Source: Myxococcota bacterium
GTDB lineage: Bacteria; Myxococcota_A; UBA9042; PHBI01; JAWLBL01
Assembly (NCBI GenBank): GCA_041687695.1
Contig: JAWLBL010000025.1
Span: forward strand, 32,001 to 96,000
Reading direction: 5' to 3'
DNA length: 64,000 nt
The translations under genes were made by a program, and so were the position numbers. A model generated the notes under the pieces. It ran no database searches and was not told where the DNA came from. It saw only the letters and a program-made list of their open reading frames with translations. Positions 1 through 11,620 of the stretch are shown piece by piece (the first letter of the stretch is position 1; each line of letters begins with the position of its first letter).

Positions 1-1066
1 TGAGGACCAGGATGAGCCCCGTGTGGGCGTTGCGCAGCAGCAGATCGATGCGGTCTTCGAGGATCTCGGAGGTGTCGTTCCAGATGGCGAGCCCGACGCC
101 CGGGGGCAGCTCGGCGCCGGCGATGTACTCCTTGACCGTCGTGGCGATGCTCGTGGGCGTCTCGTCGCCGACCCGGTAGACGTTGATCATCAGCGCCCGC
201 TTGCCGTCGAAGTAGGCGGACTGATCGGTGTCCTGGAAGCCGTCGGTGATGGTCGCGATCTCGCCGAGGCGCAGCTTGGGGCCCGCGGCGTCGCTGAGGA
301 TGGGGATGTCGGCGAACTCGGCGCCGCGCTCGCGCCGCTCGGCCGCGCGGACGAGCACCTCGCCGGACGTCGTCTTGACGCCGCCGGCGGGCAGCTCGAC
401 CGACACGGCGGCGATGCGCTCGGCGATGGTCGGCAGCGTCAGCCCGTAGGTGCGCAGGGTCGCCTGCGCGACCTCGACGGCGATCTCGACCGGGCGGACC
501 CCGGTGATGTCGACCTGGGTGATCTCGGGCTTGTCGAGGAGGTCCTCGCGCACCTGCTCGCCGATGTCGCGCAGGACGCGCTCGGGGACGTCGCCGTAGA
601 CCACCATCGAGATGACCTGCCGACGCATCGTCGCCAGGCTGACGACGGGTTTTTCGGCGTCGCGCGGGAAGAGCGTGATGCGGTCGACGGCGTTCTTGAC
701 GTCGGTCGCCACCTTGTCGGGGTCGGCCCCCGACAGGACCTCGAGCGTGACGCTGCCGACGCCCTCGAGGGCGTAGCCGGTGACGCGCTTGACGCCGTCG
801 AGGCCGCGGACGGCCTCCTCGACCGGCTGGACGATGCCGCGCTCGACGTCCGAAGGGCTCGCGCCTGGGTAGGGGACGGAGATGTTGACGAAGTCGAGCT
901 CGAACTCGGGGAACACCTCTTGCTTGACGCGCGAGCCCATGATGGCGCCGCCGACCAGCAAGACGAACATGAGCAGGTTGGCGGCGACCGGGTTGCGCGC
1001 CATCCAGGCGATGGCGCCGCGCTTGAGGTCGCTGGCGGTGGGCGCGGCTTGGTTGGGATCGCTCAT
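1..1066 (-). CDS. RND efflux permease subunit (AcrB/AcrD/AcrF family), N-terminal part; runs off the window start
   Basis: Own translation from ATG at 1066: MSDPNQ...GAIAWMARNPVAANLLMFVLLVGGAIMGSRVKQEVFPEFELD..., a typical RND N-terminus. ATGA overlap with the upstream adaptor gene. Confidence 0.9.
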   Translation of the reverse strand, partial: MSDPNQAAPTASDLKRGAIAWMARNPVAANLLMFVLLVGGAIMGSRVKQEVFPEFELDFVNISVPYPGASPSDVERGIVQPVEEAVRGLDGVKRVTGYALEGVGSVTLEVLSGADPDKVATDVKNAVDRITLFPRDAEKPVVSLATMRRQVISMVVYGDVPERVLRDIGEQVREDLLDKPEITQVDITGVRPVEIAVEVAQATLRTYGLTLPTIAERIAAVSVELPAGGVKTTSGEVLVRAAERRERGAEFADIPILSDAAGPKLRLGEIATITDGFQDTDQSAYFDGKRALMINVYRVGDETPTSIATTVKEYIAGAELPPGVGLAIWNDTSEILEDRIDLLLRNAHTGLILVL

Positions 1067-2349
1067 GGGGCGGCCTCGCTCGAGGGCTTGGCGGCGGTGG
1101 CCGGCGCGGCGACGGCGCTCGGCGCTTCGGTCGGCGCGGCGTCGGCGGCGCTGGTCGGTCCGGTGCGCAGCGCCATCCCGGCGACCGGCGTGCCGATGCG
1201 GCTCACCACGAGGCGCTCGCCGGCCGTGACGCCGGCGCGGACGAAGACGTGGTCGCTCGTACGCCAGACGATGTCGACGTCGCGGATCTCGAGCTTGTCG
1301 CCTTCGCCCATGACCCACACCTTGCCGCCCTCGCGCAGGGCGTTGCGCGGCACGGGGACGACCTGCTCGAGGGCCGAGCCCTCGATGCCGACCTCGACGT
1401 AGGCGCCGAGGAGCAGCGGGAGCGGTTCGGAGCCCTCGACGGCGACGACGTCCAGGGGCTTGTCGACCGCGACGAGCAGCCGCGCCATCTTGCCCATCGG
1501 GTCCAGCTCGCCGACCAGCCCCACGACCCGCCCGCTGCGGACGACGCTGCGCCCGCCGCCGAGGCTCTGGGCCACCCGGGCGGTGCTCCCCTCGCCAGCG
1601 GCCGCGTTGACGCCCGGGATGGCCAGCCACCGCAGCTCGTCCATCGCCACCGCGACCTGCACGTGGAACTCGTCGGTGGCGATGAGGGTCAGGAGGCGGC
1701 TCGCCGGCCCGACGACCAGGCCGTTCTCGACCGTCTCCTCTTTGACGACGGCGTTGAAGGGGGCCTTGATGACCGTGCGCTCGACGTTGAGCCGCGCCCG
1801 CTCGAGCCCGCTCCGCGCCGACGCCAGCGCCACCTGGCGCGCCTTGAGGTGCGGCTTGCGCAGGGCCAACGCGCGGCCCTCGTCGGTCGCGCCGTCCCCG
1901 GTCAGCTGCTCGCTCTCGAGCAGCTTCCACTCGCGCTCGGCGATGGTGGTGCGCCCTCGCTCGACCTGCAGCTCGGCCATCGCGCTCGACACGTTGGCCT
2001 GCTGCTGGTCGACGGCGAGCTGGTAGTCGCGCGGGTCGATGCGCACCAGGGTGTCGCCGGCCGCGACGCGCCCGCCCACGATGAGCTGCGGGTGGTGCTC
2101 GAGGATGGCGCCCGAGACCTCGGGCTGGATCGTCACGGTGCGGGCCGGCACGACGGTGCCCATGCCGGTGACGCGCACGCGCTTCTGTTCGCTGACGGTG
2201 GCCGTGACCTCGACCAGCGTGGCCAGCGCCTTGGGTGGGGCCTTCTTGGCCTGGGGGCGCGCCTCGACGAAGGTCTTGGCCGCTAGGAAGCCACCGCCGA
2301 GGACCGCGAGGGCCAGGACGATCTGGAGGACGGTCTTGAAGATCTTCAA
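1063..2349 (-). CDS. RND periplasmic adaptor (membrane fusion protein)
   Basis: C-terminal part of ORF 1063..3630: N-terminal TM anchor, lipoyl halves IQPEVSG and IKAPFNAVV around a coiled hairpin. TTG start at 2349 overlaps the stop of the outer-membrane factor gene. Confidence 0.9.
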   Translation of the reverse strand: MKIFKTVLQIVLALAVLGGGFLAAKTFVEARPQAKKAPPKALATLVEVTATVSEQKRVRVTGMGTVVPARTVTIQPEVSGAILEHHPQLIVGGRVAAGDTLVRIDPRDYQLAVDQQQANVSSAMAELQVERGRTTIAEREWKLLESEQLTGDGATDEGRALALRKPHLKARQVALASARSGLERARLNVERTVIKAPFNAVVKEETVENGLVVGPASRLLTLIATDEFHVQVAVAMDELRWLAIPGVNAAAGEGSTARVAQSLGGGRSVVRSGRVVGLVGELDPMGKMARLLVAVDKPLDVVAVEGSEPLPLLLGAYVEVGIEGSALEQVVPVPRNALREGGKVWVMGEGDKLEIRDVDIVWRTSDHVFVRAGVTAGERLVVSRIGTPVAGMALRTGPTSAADAAPTEAPSAVAAPATAAKPSSEAAP

Positions 2350-3818
2350 CGCGGTTCTCCGGAGGCCCGAGGAGCGGACGCGGTCGTGTCGGGCCGGCGC
2401 AGGTCGTCGGTCCAGCTGCCCCCGAGGGCGCGGTAGAGCTGGATGCGATAGGCGACCAGCTGGCGCTGGGCCGTGAGGCGGGTCACCTCGGCCTGCTGCA
2501 GGCTGCGCAGGCTGGTGAGGACGGTGAGGTAGTCGACCAGGCCCGTCGTGTAGCGGGCGCGGGCCTCTTCGAGGGTCGTGCGGGCCTGCTCGATCTGGAC
2601 GTCGAGCTCGGCGAGGTACTGCCGCTGCTGCTGCTCCTGGACCAGCGCGTCCTCGACCTCCTTGAGGCTGCGCAGCAGGGTCTGGCCGTAGACCTGGAGC
2701 AGCTCGTCGAGCACGGCGCGCTGGCGGTCGACCTCGGCGGCGCGGCGGCCGCCGTCGAGGAGCGGGGCGACCAGGTTGGCGCCGAGGTTCCAGACCCAGT
2801 TGGTGAAGATGTTCAGCGTGTCGCGGCCCTGGAAGCCGGTGCTGGCGCTCAGGCGCAGGGCCGGATAGCGGTCGGCGATGGCGGCGCCGACGCGGTGGTC
2901 GGCGGCGAGGATGCGGGCGTGGGCGGCGCGGACGTCGGGGCGGCGGCGCAGGAGATCGAGCGGGACGCCGGTCGGGGGCGGCGGCGGCAGCGCGGGGAGG
3001 GTGGCGTCCTGGACCACGACCGCGCCGGGCGGGCGGCCGGTGAGGATGGAGAGCTGGTTCTGCAGGACGGCGAGGCGCGCGTCGACCAGCGGGAGCTGGG
3101 CGCGGGTGGCGGTGACCTGCTGGCGCTGCTGCAGGACGTCGAGGGCGGTGGCCTGGCCCTGGCCGAAGCGCAGGCGCACCAGCTCGAGGTAGGTCTCGTT
3201 GAGCTGGAGCTGCTGCTCGAGGATGGCGCGCTGCAGGGACTGCTCGGCGGCGCCGGCCCAGGTCTCGGCGACCTGGGCGGCGATGGTCATGGCGGCGGCC
3301 TCGAGGTCCTCGCGGGTGGCGCGGGTCTCGAGGTCGGCGGCGCTCTCGAGCGAGCGGATGCGCCCCCACAGGTCCAGCTCGTACGAGGCGCTCAGGCTGA
3401 GCGGCGTGCTGATCCCCACGGTCTCGAACGTGTTGCCGCCGACCGGGAAGACCTGGCGGCTGGCGTTGGCGCCGAAGGAGGCGTCGACCTGCGGGCTGCG
3501 TGGGGCGCCGGCGATGCGGGCGGCGGCGCGGGCCTGGTCGAGACGGGCCCAGGCGCGGCGGAGGTCGAAGTTGCCTTGCAGGGCCTCGTCCACGAGGGTC
3601 GCGAGCTGCGGCGCGTCGAGGTCGTACCACCAGCGCTCGGGCAGGGGCGCCGGCGAGGGCGTGCGCTCGTCGTAGACGTAGTCGTCGGGCACCGCGAGCG
3701 GCGGCGGGCGGTCGCGCTCGACCTGGTGGACCGCGCAGGCGGGCAGGGCGAGCGCCACCAGCGCGCCGAGGGCCAGGGCGCGGGCGGTGCCGGGGTTGCG
3801 GTGTGAGGGCTCATTCAT
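2346..3818 (-). CDS. Efflux outer-membrane factor lipoprotein (NodT/OprM/TolC family)
   Basis: Lipobox LALPAC; motifs SYELDLWGR, LLRRRPDV, LYRALGG. Confidence 0.92.
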   Translation of the reverse strand: MNEPSHRNPGTARALALGALVALALPACAVHQVERDRPPPLAVPDDYVYDERTPSPAPLPERWWYDLDAPQLATLVDEALQGNFDLRRAWARLDQARAAARIAGAPRSPQVDASFGANASRQVFPVGGNTFETVGISTPLSLSASYELDLWGRIRSLESAADLETRATREDLEAAAMTIAAQVAETWAGAAEQSLQRAILEQQLQLNETYLELVRLRFGQGQATALDVLQQRQQVTATRAQLPLVDARLAVLQNQLSILTGRPPGAVVVQDATLPALPPPPPTGVPLDLLRRRPDVRAAHARILAADHRVGAAIADRYPALRLSASTGFQGRDTLNIFTNWVWNLGANLVAPLLDGGRRAAEVDRQRAVLDELLQVYGQTLLRSLKEVEDALVQEQQQRQYLAELDVQIEQARTTLEEARARYTTGLVDYLTVLTSLRSLQQAEVTRLTAQRQLVAYRIQLYRALGGSWTDDLRRPDTTASAPRASGEPR

Positions 3819-3866
3819 CGGCGTGTCACACGGGGCCGCCGGATCGGCGGCGCGGCTGGGGCGCGT

Positions 3867-4460
3867 TCAGGGGGCGGGGCGGAGACCGGCGAGGAGGATG
3901 TCGACGACGCCGCGCACGAACGACTCGGCCTCGAGGGGGAGGTGCTCCTGCACGCCCAGCTGCTCGAGGAAGACGAAGTTGTGGAGCGAGCCCAGCAGCA
4001 TCCGGGCGGCGACCTGAGGATCGCCGCGGCGGAGTCGTCCGAGCTTCATCTCGGCGTCGAAGTAGTGGGTCAGCGTGCGCAGCAGCAGGACGGGCGGGGA
4101 GTCGGTGCGGCCCTTGAAGTGGGTGATGGGATCGAAGGCGGGGTGCGAGCAGAGCATGGTCACTCGCGGGACGACGAGGCGGAAGAACCCGAGGATCTCG
4201 GTGGCGACCTCGACGAGCTGCTCGTCGATGGTGCCCTGGCCGACGCGGCGCTCGAGGTTGCGCGCCGGCTCGAAGGAGGGCAGGCCCATCGCGGCGAGGA
4301 AGAGGTCCTCCTTGGTGGGGAAGCGCCGGAAGATCGAGCCTTCGGAGATGCCGGCTTCCTTGGCGATGGCGATCGTCGAGACGCCGTAGCCTTGATCGAG
4401 GAAGCACTTGCGGGCTGCGTCGAGGATGCGTTCGGTGCTGATGGAGCGAGGGCGAGCCAT
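3867..4460 (-). CDS. TetR/AcrR family transcriptional regulator
   Basis: MARPRS...ILDAARKCFLDQGY...IAKEAGISEGSIFRRFPTKEDLF helix-turn-helix; first gene of the efflux operon. Confidence 0.92.
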   Translation of the reverse strand: MARPRSISTERILDAARKCFLDQGYGVSTIAIAKEAGISEGSIFRRFPTKEDLFLAAMGLPSFEPARNLERRVGQGTIDEQLVEVATEILGFFRLVVPRVTMLCSHPAFDPITHFKGRTDSPPVLLLRTLTHYFDAEMKLGRLRRGDPQVAARMLLGSLHNFVFLEQLGVQEHLPLEAESFVRGVVDILLAGLRPAP

Positions 4461-4477
4461 AAGTGAGTGCTTACTTA
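4460..4477. promoter_or_regulatory. Putative TetR operator (imperfect inverted repeat)
   Basis: TAAGTGAG-TG-CTTACTTA; arms match at 7 of 8 positions; AT-rich island abutting the tetR start codon. Confidence 0.6.
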
Positions 4478-4658
4478 CCAATGCGCCGAGGGCACGGCAA
4501 GGTAAAATCACCCATGGGAAGCGAGCCTCCGCTGGGACCGGCGCGAAGCCGCCACGGACGCGCAGGGCCGGGCCTGCGGGCGCGGTGGGGCGGGGTCGGG
4601 GGAGGTCGGGGGAGCGGCCGCGGCACGCGCGACGGCGGCGCCGGGAGACGGGCCCGGG

Positions 4659-5648
4659 TCAGAGCTGCTCGGCGCCAGGTGGCGCGGGTGGGCCACCGTC
4701 CTTGCGGCTCTTGAGCACCGACAGGGTGATGCCGACCGCCAGGATGCCGACGATGATGGCGAGCGACACCAGGTTGTCGAGCTTGATCCAGCCGTGGGCG
4801 ATCATCTTCAGGCCGACGAAGACCAGGATGAGGGCGAGCGCGATCGACAGGTACTTGAACTTGTCCATCATCCCGGCGAGCACGAAGTAGAGCGAGCGCA
4901 GGCCCAGGATGGCGAACACGTTCGACGTCAGGACCAGGAAGGGGTCGGTCGTGATGCCGAAGATCGCCGGGATGGAGTCGACGGCGAAGACGACGTCGGT
5001 CGCCTCGATGACGACCAGGACCAGCATCAGCGGAGTGAAATAGAAGCGCCCGTTGACACGCGTGGTGAAGCGGTGGCCGTCGTAGGCGCCGCTGATGGGC
5101 AGGAAGCGGCGCGCGACGCGCAGGACCCAGGACGACTCGGGGTCGGCCTCTTCGTCCTTGTGGAACAGCATCTTGGCGGCGGCGAAGATGAGGAAGGCGC
5201 CGAAGACGTAGAACACCCAGTCGAACTGCTCGACCAGCCAGACGCCGATGGCGATGAAGATGCCGCGGAAGATGAGGGCGCCCAGGATGCCCCAGAACAG
5301 GACGCGATGCTGGAACTCGGGCGGCACGCGGAAGTACCCGAAGATCATCGCGATGACGAAGATGTTGTCGATGCTGAGCGACTTCTCGACCAGGTAGCCC
5401 GTGAAGAACTCGAGGGCGGCCTCGCGGCCGTCGGCGGGATCGACGAGATCGGTGCCGGCGCCGAACCAGTGGGCCTCGTAGATGAAGTAGATCGCCACGT
5501 TGAAGGCGAGGGCCAGGGCGATCCAGAAGAGCGTCCAGCCGATGGCCTCGCGCATGCCGATGACGTGCGTCTTCCGGTTGAGCACCCCCAGGTCGAGGGC
5601 GAGCAGGAGGATGACGAGGACGAAGAAGCCGACCCACAGCCAAAGCAT
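4659..5648 (-). CDS. TerC family membrane protein (Alx/MeeY-like metal homeostasis)
   Basis: EKSLSIDNIFV, QHRVLFWGILGAL, DVVFAVDSIPA, TSNVFAILGLRSLYF; ATG at 5648. Confidence 0.92.
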   Translation of the reverse strand: MLWLWVGFFVLVILLLALDLGVLNRKTHVIGMREAIGWTLFWIALALAFNVAIYFIYEAHWFGAGTDLVDPADGREAALEFFTGYLVEKSLSIDNIFVIAMIFGYFRVPPEFQHRVLFWGILGALIFRGIFIAIGVWLVEQFDWVFYVFGAFLIFAAAKMLFHKDEEADPESSWVLRVARRFLPISGAYDGHRFTTRVNGRFYFTPLMLVLVVIEATDVVFAVDSIPAIFGITTDPFLVLTSNVFAILGLRSLYFVLAGMMDKFKYLSIALALILVFVGLKMIAHGWIKLDNLVSLAIIVGILAVGITLSVLKSRKDGGPPAPPGAEQL

Positions 5649-5873
5649 GGCGGGAAACTTCGTCGCGCTCGGGCGAAATGTCCAGCACAAGCCCAGGGCC
5701 AGGTGACAGTGGGCGCCGCGGCGCAGACGTGTGCGCCGCGGAATGGGCGCGGGGAGCGACGGGTTGGGGGTCGGAACCGCCAGGTCCGGGCGGCGGCCCG
5801 GCGCCGCGCCCCTACGCGAGGTGACATGCGCACGCTCACGAGCGATCGTATCCCCGAATCGAGCCCCGAGCCC

Positions 5874-6554
5874 ATGGCCACCGAACCTCGCCCGGCGCCC
5901 AGCCCGGGCCACGTCGACGTGGGCGCTCGCGCGGCCAGCCGCGCGCGGGGGCTGCGGCGGCTCTCACGCACGCTGGTGGCGATCCTCACGGTCGTCCTCG
6001 GCATCCTCGCCGCGCGCAGCTCGCTCGCCGACCACTACACCATCCCGAGCGGGTCGATGCTGCCGACCATCAAGATCGGTGACCGGGTCGCGGTGAACAA
6101 GCTGGCCTATGGCCTGCGCGTGCCGTTCACCGACTGGGTGGTCGTCGGCGGCAGCGGCCCCGCGAGCGGCGACGTCATCATCCTGGAGTCGCCCGAGGAC
6201 GGGACGGTGCTCATCAAGCGGGTCGTGGCGGTGCCGGGAGACTTCGTCGCCGTCCGGGACGGCCAGGTGTTCCTCAACGGCCGCTTCGCCGCCATCGAGC
6301 GCGAGGCCGAGGGGCTCGTCGAGGCGCTGGGCTCGGCCCGCCACCCCGTCGACCTGGACTACGGCGGCGGCCCGGACTTCGGCCCCGTCGAGATTCCGCA
6401 GGGTCAGTATCTGGTCCTGGGCGACAACAGGGGCGAGAGTCGCGACGGCCGCATCTTCGGCCTGGTCCCACGGCGCGCCGTGCTGGGCAAGGCCATGGCC
6501 GTGTACTACCGGGACAGCGCCGATTGGCCGTCCCTCGTCTGGAAGGAGCTGTGA
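5874..6554 (+). CDS. lepB: Signal peptidase I
   Basis: TM segment followed by SGSMLPT (catalytic Ser), IKRV (catalytic Lys), GDNR..SRDGR; alternative start at 5826. Confidence 0.9.
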   Translation: MATEPRPAPSPGHVDVGARAASRARGLRRLSRTLVAILTVVLGILAARSSLADHYTIPSGSMLPTIKIGDRVAVNKLAYGLRVPFTDWVVVGGSGPASGDVIILESPEDGTVLIKRVVAVPGDFVAVRDGQVFLNGRFAAIEREAEGLVEALGSARHPVDLDYGGGPDFGPVEIPQGQYLVLGDNRGESRDGRIFGLVPRRAVLGKAMAVYYRDSADWPSLVWKEL

Positions 6555-6555
6555 C

Positions 6556-7530
6556 GTGCAGCGCGCCGTGAGCGGCATCAAGCCGACCGGGACGCCCCAC
6601 CTGGGCAACCACCTGGGCATGATCGCGCCCGCCATTCGCCTGGGCGAGTCCTACGACACCAGCCTGTTCATCGCCGACTACCACGCGCTGACGACCCTGA
6701 AGGACGCCGACGCCATGCGACGGCATTCGCTGGGCATCGCCGCGTACTTCCTGGCCTTCGGCCTCGACCCCGAGCGCATCGCCCTGTACCGGCAGTCGGA
6801 CGTGCCCGAGGTGTGCGAGCTGGCGTGGCTTCTGTCGTGCGTCACCAACATGGGCCTGCTCGAGCGGGCGCACGCGTGGAAGGCGGCCAAGGACCGCGGC
6901 CAGCCGGGCAGCGAGGTCCATGGCCTGTTCGCCTACCCGGTCCTGATGGCGGCCGACATCCTGATGAGCGACGCCGACGTGGTGCCCGTCGGGCCCGACC
7001 AGGTGCAGCACGTCGAGATGACCCGCGACATGGCCGAGCGCTTCAACGCGACCTTCGGCGAGACCTTCCGCCTGCCGCGGGCCGTGCTGCGCGAGGGGAC
7101 GCCGTCCATCCCGGGCCTCGACGGGCGCAAGATGAGCAAGTCCTACGACAACACGCTGACGCTGGTCGCGGCGCCCAAGGCGCTGAAGAAGCAGGTCATG
7201 CAGATCGTGACGGACGCGACGCCGCTCGAGGACCCCAAGGATCCCGAGACCTGCAACGTCTTCGCGCTGTATCGGCAGATCGCCACGCCCGAGGAGATCG
7301 CCACCATGCGCGAGCGCTACCTGGCGGGCGGCTACGGGTACGGCCACGCGAAGCTGGCGCTGGTCGAGGCGCTCGAGCGCATGGCGGCGGGACCGCGCGA
7401 TCGCTACGCGGCCCTGCTGGCCGACGCCGAGCGGCTCGAGGGCATCCTGGCGCGCGGGGCCGAGCGGGTGCGGCCTACGGCGCGGGCGGTGGTGGCGCGG
7501 GCGCGGGCGGCGGTCGGCTTCCGGGCCTGA
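6556..7530 (+). CDS. trpS: Tryptophan--tRNA ligase
   Basis: SGIKPTG, HLGN (HIGH), YPVLMAADIL, VPVGPDQ, KMSKS; GTG start with GGAAGGAG Shine-Dalgarno. Confidence 0.95.
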   Translation: MQRAVSGIKPTGTPHLGNHLGMIAPAIRLGESYDTSLFIADYHALTTLKDADAMRRHSLGIAAYFLAFGLDPERIALYRQSDVPEVCELAWLLSCVTNMGLLERAHAWKAAKDRGQPGSEVHGLFAYPVLMAADILMSDADVVPVGPDQVQHVEMTRDMAERFNATFGETFRLPRAVLREGTPSIPGLDGRKMSKSYDNTLTLVAAPKALKKQVMQIVTDATPLEDPKDPETCNVFALYRQIATPEEIATMRERYLAGGYGYGHAKLALVEALERMAAGPRDRYAALLADAERLEGILARGAERVRPTARAVVARARAAVGFRA

Positions 7531-7547
7531 GGCGGCTCCCCGGACCG

Positions 7548-10817
<3,270 letters not shown>

Positions 10818-10860
10818 CGTCCTCTGCGAGGCGGCGCGACCGGGGCGCCGCCCGTTGGTT

Positions 10861-11181
10861 TCAGCGCGTTCCGACCCGCGGCAGGATGGGGCCGAGCGGC
10901 TCGGGATCGCCGTGGTTGACCCACCCTACCTTCTTGGTCCACTTGGCGGCGAACTCGTCGTAGGTCGCCTCGGGCACCGCGGGCGAGTGCCAGCCCTTGT
11001 GGACGTCGTACCAGGCCTCGCGATCGCTCGTGAGGGCGCGCTCGGTCAGCCCGCAGGTGTTGCAGAAGAACACGACGCCGCCCGGCACCTGCAGGCTCGT
11101 GAGGTAGATGACCTCGCGCTCGATGTCCTCACCCGAGCAGCGGGGGCACTGCCCCTCGTGGGCGAAGGCGGTCTCGGACAT
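10861..11181 (-). CDS. Hypothetical small Zn-ribbon protein
   Basis: CPRC...CNTC; GGAGGG Shine-Dalgarno; co-oriented with its neighbours. Confidence 0.7.
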   Translation of the reverse strand: MSETAFAHEGQCPRCSGEDIEREVIYLTSLQVPGGVVFFCNTCGLTERALTSDREAWYDVHKGWHSPAVPEATYDEFAAKWTKKVGWVNHGDPEPLGPILPRVGTR

Positions 11182-11261
11182 GGGTCCCTCCAGTCGGCCG
11201 ACGTTCCGAGCGTTGGAACCTGCCGTGATCGCGGGCTTCCGTCAAGCTCGACGCAGTGGCC

Positions 11262-11606
11262 TCAGGGCGCGTCGCCCGAGGCGTCGGGGCCGAGGTCGGC
11301 GTCGGCCTCGTCCAAGCCGTCGACGACCTCGACCACGTCCGCCGGCGGGCTGCCGTAGATGTCCATGGGCGGCGCCGGCATGCCATACAAGGGCGTGGCC
11401 GTCTCGCAAGCCGCGAGCGTCAGCCCCAGGGCCGAAGCAGCGAGGAGTCGGCGCACGGCGGCCACGCGCTTGGGCTCGCGGCACGAGGCGAGCGCCGCGC
11501 CGAGCGTGGCCTGACAGAACGGGCACACGCTGGCGGCGACGTCGCAGCCGACCTTCAGATGCGTGCCGCACGAGGGGCACGGGACCAGGCACGTCGACTC
11601 TGGCAT
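11262..11606 (-). CDS. Hypothetical Zn-ribbon/lipoprotein-like small protein with two YGxP motifs
   Basis: CPSC...CPFC, hydrophobic stretch ending LAAC, then PLYGMP and DIYGSP, acidic tail. Confidence 0.7.
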   Translation of the reverse strand: MPESTCLVPCPSCGTHLKVGCDVAASVCPFCQATLGAALASCREPKRVAAVRRLLAASALGLTLAACETATPLYGMPAPPMDIYGSPPADVVEVVDGLDEADADLGPDASGDAP

Positions 11607-11620
11607 GGCTGCTTCCGCCG

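Noticed and set aside
3835..3851. Hairpin GCCGCCG-GAT-CGGCGGC between tetR and the outer-membrane factor gene
   Set aside because: No U-tract, so not called a terminator; such stems are common at this GC content
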